Positions 59,656-64,000 of a DNA stretch of 64,000 nt are shown piece by piece. Numbering within the stretch: the first letter of the stretch is position 1; each line of letters begins with the position of its first letter. The stretch spans positions 30,504,001 through 30,568,000 of the forward strand of contig CM075982.1 in the NCBI GenBank assembly GCA_038087875.1, in the 5' to 3' direction. A model generated the notes under the pieces. The model was not told the origin of the DNA and made no database searches. It saw only the letters and a list, made by a program, of their open reading frames with translations. The DNA comes from Malacoraja senta (Eukaryota). Position numbers and translations under genes: made by a program.

Positions 59656-60009
59656 ACACACACATATGTGTATGTGTGTATATGCATGTCTGTACATATA
59701 GATATACACATATATGCATACATATATACATATATGTATACGCATACACATATATATGTATGTATGTGCAAATACATTTCGGGTTAAAACCCTTCTTCAG
59801 GTTCACCCATTCCTTCTCTTCAGAGATGCTGTCTGTCCCGCTGAGTTACCCCAATTTTTTTTGTCCATCTTGAGTTTAAACCAGCATCTGCAGTTCCTTC
59901 ATACACATTTCCTATATATATGTGTGTGTATCTATGTATATATGTATGCATATATGTGTATATCTATATGTACAGACATACATAGACACACATACACATA
60001 TGTGTGTGT
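59656..60009. repeat. Inverted pair of ~75-bp alternating purine-pyrimidine arms around a Penelope pLTR fragment
   Basis: 59656-59732 is the near-perfect reverse complement of 59933-60009. Confidence 0.85.
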
Positions 60010-60189
60010 ATATATATATGTGTGTGTGTGTGTGTATGTGTATATATATAAACATATTTGTTGTGCTGCGGAAAGTAGGAATTTAATTCTTCCGTTTTGA
60101 CAATATGACAATAAAACATTCTTGCCGCTTGAAATTCAATACTTGAATTAACCTGCAGGAAGCTGTGTCTGTCGCGTGGTCAGACTCAC

Positions 60190-60240
60190 TTGGTCTGTAC
60201 ACGGTGTGGGCACCGTCTCCTTCACATCGCTCAGGCTTTC
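60190..60240 (-). other. Candidate 51-nt EXO5 5' exon
   Basis: gctgaattccag|GAAAGC...GACCAA|gtgagt; unique sequence among repeats. Confidence 0.4.
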
Positions 60241-63200
60241 CTGGAATTCAGCAATTTGACAAAAGATATATTAGATATACTTCAGAAAATATTTATTTAA
60301 CCTTAGTTTTAGAGATACAGCATGGAAACAGGCCCTTTGGTCCACGCTGACCATCGATCACCCGGTCATACCAGTTCTATGTTATCCCACTTTCTCATTC
60401 ATTCCCAGCACACTACGGGTCATTTACACAGGGCCAATTAACTTACAAACCCGCAAGTCTTTGGGATGTGGCAAGAAACCGGAGCACCTGGAGAAAACCC
60501 ACGTGGTCATATGGAGAACGTGCAACCTCTGCACAGACAACACCTGAAGTTAGGATCAAACCTTGATCTCTGGCACTGTGAGGCAGCAGCTCTACAAGCC
60601 GCACCTTATATATTCAAATTAAATGTTGGTTATCCTAAGACTGAAAACTTAATTTCCAAGAGTTCAATAATCTTGTTTGAAGGTTACATAGATACATAGA
60701 AAATAGGTGCAGGAGTAGGCCATTCGGCCCTTCGAGCCTGCACCGCCATTCAATATGATCATGGCTGATCATCCAACTCAGTATCCCGTACCTGCCTTCT
60801 CTCCATACCCCCTGATCCCTTTAGCCACAAGGGCCACATTTAGAGGCATATGGACCGAACGTGGGCAGGTGGAACCAGCTTGGATAGGGCATGTTGGTCA
60901 GCATGGGCAAGTTGGGCTGAAGGGCCTGTTCCCATGCTGTATGGCTGGCTTGCTGAACATCAATTCCAGCCTCTGCCTTATTCATTTGCAGTTGCCAAGT
61001 ACAGCCAACTTAACTCAAGTGTGTAACAGCCTTTTGCAGACATCATAAAATAGGGCCAAATGTAATGAAGTCTGAAGAAGGGTCCAACCCAAAACATCAC
61101 ATATCCACGTTCTCCTGAAATGCTGCCTGACCGGCTGAATTGCTCCAGCATTTTGTGGTTTTTTTGGTAAACCTGCATCTGCAGATCCTTGTGTCTCCAA
61201 ATGTGCTATATCTATTTTGCTGGTAAAAAGCCGGGTGGCAGAGGATTGTGTAGTGAAGTCAGAGAGGCGCAGGCAAAGAATGAGTGTCGAGAGGTACTAA
61301 GCCTTGCAAATGAGATTAGTGTAGATGTACAAAAAGGTCAGCAGAGAATCATGCAGCATAGAAACAGGCCTTACAGTCCAACTTGCCCACGCTGATCAAG
61401 ATGCCCCATCTACACTTGGCCCACCTGTCCACATTTAGTCCATATTCCTCTAAAACATTTATATCCGTGTACCTGTGCAAATGTCTTTTAAATATTTCTA
61501 GTACCTGCCTCAACTACCTCTCTGGCAGCTCGTTCCAATACCCACCACCCTCTGTGTGAAAATGTTCTCTCAGGTTCCTGTTGAATCTTTCTACTCTCAC
61601 AAACCAATGTTTTCTTGGTCTTGATTCTTCAACTGTGCATCTACCCTATCTATTCCACCCATTATTTTACACACCCCTCAGCCTCATACACACCAAGGAA
61701 TAAAGCCCAAACCTGTCCAATCTCTCCCTATAGCTCAGGCCATGTTCTGGCAACATACTGGTAAATCTTCTCTGCACTCTTTCCAGCTTAACGACATCTT
61801 TCCGATAGCAGGGTGACCAAAACTGAACACGATACGAGACATGGTGAGGCAAAGTCTGTCTCAATTCTGTTTAACATTGTGAAACCCTTATTTTAAACCT
61901 TGAATGCGTTCAATGTCCCTTAAAACCTTTAAACCTTGAATATTTAGGTTTATTATTGTCATGTGCACCGAGGTACAGTGAAAAGCTTTGTTTTGCATGC
62001 TATCCAATCAGATACATAAATACGATCAAGTACAATGTTTTCAACTGTCCCTTATTGCAAGCCTTGATATTCAGTGCCCTTATTACAAGCCATTAGTAAG
62101 CTTAGGAACTTTTCCTTAGACAGCTTAGGAAGTTCGGCATGCCCCAACAACTCTCACCAACTTCTACAGATGTGCTGAGGAAGCATTCTATCGGGATGCA
62201 ACACAGCATTGTTTGGGACACAGCTTCATCCAAGACCGCAAGAAATTGCACCAAATTGTGGACGCAGCCCAAACCATCACACAAACCAGCCTCTTTCCAC
62301 GCTGCATCAGCCAAGTCACCAGCATAATAGAAACATAGAAAATAGGAGCAGGAGTAGACCATTCAGCCCTTCGAGCCTGCACCGCCATTCAATATGATCA
62401 TGGCTGATCATCCAACTCAGTATCCTGTACCTGCCTTCTCTCCATACCCCCTGATCCCTTTAGCCACAAGGGCCACATCTAACTCCCTCTTAAATATAGC
62501 CAATGAACTGGCCTCAACTACTTTCTGTGGCAGAGAATTCCACAGATTCACCACTCTCTGTGTGAAAAATGATTTTTTCATCTCGGTCCTGGACCAATCA
62601 AGGACCAGTCGCACCCTGGCCACTCCCTCTTCTCCCCTCAGGCAAGAGGTACAGAAGTGTGAAAACGCAACACCCCCAGATTCAGGGACTGTTTCCTCCC
62701 AGCTGTTATCAGGCAACTGAACCATCCTAACACAACCAGAGGGCAGACCTGACCTCCCATCCACCTCATTGGAGACGCTCGGACGATCTTTCATCGGACT
62801 TTGCTAGACTTTATCTCACACTAAGTGTTATTCCCTTTATCCTGTGATATAAAATGCTGGAGTAACTTCACATCCGCAGTTCCTTCCCACAGATTTTGTC
62901 TGTACACTGTGGATTGCGTGATTATAATCATGTATTGTCTCTGAGACTAACTGGAGAGCAGGCAACAAGGGTCTCGGCCTGAAACGTCACCCATTCCTTC
63001 TCTCCAGAGACGCTGCCTGTCCCGCAGAGTTACTCCAGCATTTTGTGCCTATCCCGCCATTCAATCATGGCTGATCTCCCTCTCCCTCTCTCTCTCTCTC
63101 TCTCAAGCCCAAACCCTGCATACACTTTCATTGTACCCCGGTACGTGACACTAAGGTAAACTGGACTATATTCAGTGCCCATGACTACAAGCTGTGGGGC

Positions 63201-63290
63201 TGAGGTCTGGAGCAGCCGCGGTGGTTTAGCGGGGAATCATCACCGGGTGAAGCGACGCCGCCACCGACCTCCCGCCGCCGCATCGCCGCA

Positions 63291-63355
63291 CCCACTTCCG
63301 GCTGGCCCTCCCACCCACTTCCGGCTGGCCCTCCCATCCACTTCCGGCTGGCCCC
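63291..63355 (-). promoter_or_regulatory. Triple ETS/GABP motif in a 23-bp tandem repeat; probable EXO5 promoter
   Basis: (c/t)ccacttccggctggccc x3 (CCGGAAGTG on the minus strand); GC box at 63367; CpG-rich surroundings. Confidence 0.7.
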
Positions 63356-63413
63356 GTAATACAGTTCCGCCCCCAAGAACAAAGCGTCACAAAATCAGGG
63401 CATAGCTTCTTGT

Positions 63414-63425
63414 TTTATTTTTATT
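63414..63425 (-). terminator. Tandem AATAAA x2, possibly of an upstream neighbouring gene
   Basis: Minus strand ctAATAAAAATAAAacaag. Confidence 0.45.
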
Positions 63426-63789
63426 AGCATCGGACTTGCTGTATTGCCACCTCTCCTCCTTCATTCCCTCCCTCCCTCCCTCCCCTTCTCCGCCCAAAGG
63501 GCTGCGGGGGAATGAAATCTTCCGCCGGACGGATGAGGAGCGGCACACGGCGACGCGCTCTGGCGGAGTGATACCTGACCTGTGAGCCCCCAGCCGGGGA
63601 AATACAACAAAATAACAAGATAACAAACACACCAATGGCCTGGTTGTGTCGGATATCGAAGGATACGCGTTCGGATTCGCGCTTGAGGTTTGAACGGGTG
63701 TTTTAACGCCATTTATCACTCGTTGTTGTGACGCACTAGATTCCCTGCGCGGAGACGCCGCGGCTGGGAGGAGGGGCTGTGATGGGGCG

Positions 63790-63803
63790 GTCGCCATAGC
63801 AAC
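63790..63803. promoter_or_regulatory. RFX X-box followed by a CRE half-site
   Basis: GTCGCCATAGCAAC fits GTNRCC-N2-RGYAAC; GCGTCA follows immediately. Confidence 0.5.
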
Positions 63804-63806
63804 GCG

Positions 63807-63844
63807 TCAGGGGCAGCGGGTGGAGATGTACTTGTTGCTCTGGG
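63807..63844 (-). CDS. Candidate terminal coding exon of an unidentified upstream gene
   Basis: Long polypyrimidine acceptor ...ttcctctctccctgcag|; the phase-1 frame gives xQSNKYISTRCP*; poly(A) signals lie about 385 nt downstream. Confidence 0.3.
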
Positions 63845-64000
63845 CTGCAGGGAGAGAGGAATAAAGACTGCAGAAGGAAGGGGAAAAAGGGAAAATATAA
63901 CCCAACTGAGAATGAAATAGCAACCAGCACGTGTTTGGCTGCTTAGTCTGCCGTCTGGGGGCCAGTTGCTCTGCATTTTGGAGCAGACCAACCAGATTTA

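Noticed and set aside
59517-60100. Several Tyr/Ile/Cys/His-rich ORFs
   Set aside because: Translations of alternating purine-pyrimidine low-complexity DNA.
63387-63797. 136-aa single-exon gene in the CpG-rich region
   Set aside because: No recognisable homology; it runs through low-complexity GA sequence and across poly(A) signals, as expected for a chance GC-rich ORF.
63790-63840. MHC-type SXY module
   Set aside because: X1-like and X2-like sites are present, but there is no Y (CCAAT) box at the required ~20-bp spacing and no S box.

Overview
Vertebrate genomic DNA. The repeat landscape (HE1-like V-SINEs, CR1, Rex1/Babar, Penelope-like and DeuSINE copies) points to a cartilaginous fish, most likely a skate or ray; this is an inference. 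Two spliced genes can be rebuilt on the minus strand from GT-AG signals and exon phases. (1) An 8-exon, 430-aa tapasin-family gene (ATG at 33799; signal peptide, N domain, IgV, IgC1, TM, cytoplasmic tail ending KKPY) with an ISRE/CCAAT/NF-kB promoter. (2) EXO5, with at least 4 coding exons at 49684-57901 and a CpG-rich promoter carrying a triple ETS repeat near 63300. Positions 2593-15763 and 15964-29133 are near-identical 13.17-kb copies that meet exactly at a 200-N gap, most likely an unmerged haplotype overlap; it duplicates tapasin-like exons 4-8. Between the genes is a nested stack: a SINE hit by a gag-less Gypsy element (204-bp LTRs, CTCAG TSD), which was itself hit by a full-length Rex1/Babar LINE and a truncated L1. 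The most unusual signals are: a ~135-bp retroposon (two copies, 11-12 bp TSDs) that starts exactly at G1 of a minimal HDV-like ribozyme fold; a Gypsy deletion whose breakpoint is a tRNA-Leu read-through copy substituted at A58; two inverted ISL2EU/THAP elements bracketing the tapasin-like promoter; and many Penelope-type hammerhead motifs. All family assignments come from motif recognition by eye; no searches were run. Repeat boundaries without a TSD are approximate, and only representative SINE, CR1 and Penelope copies are listed.
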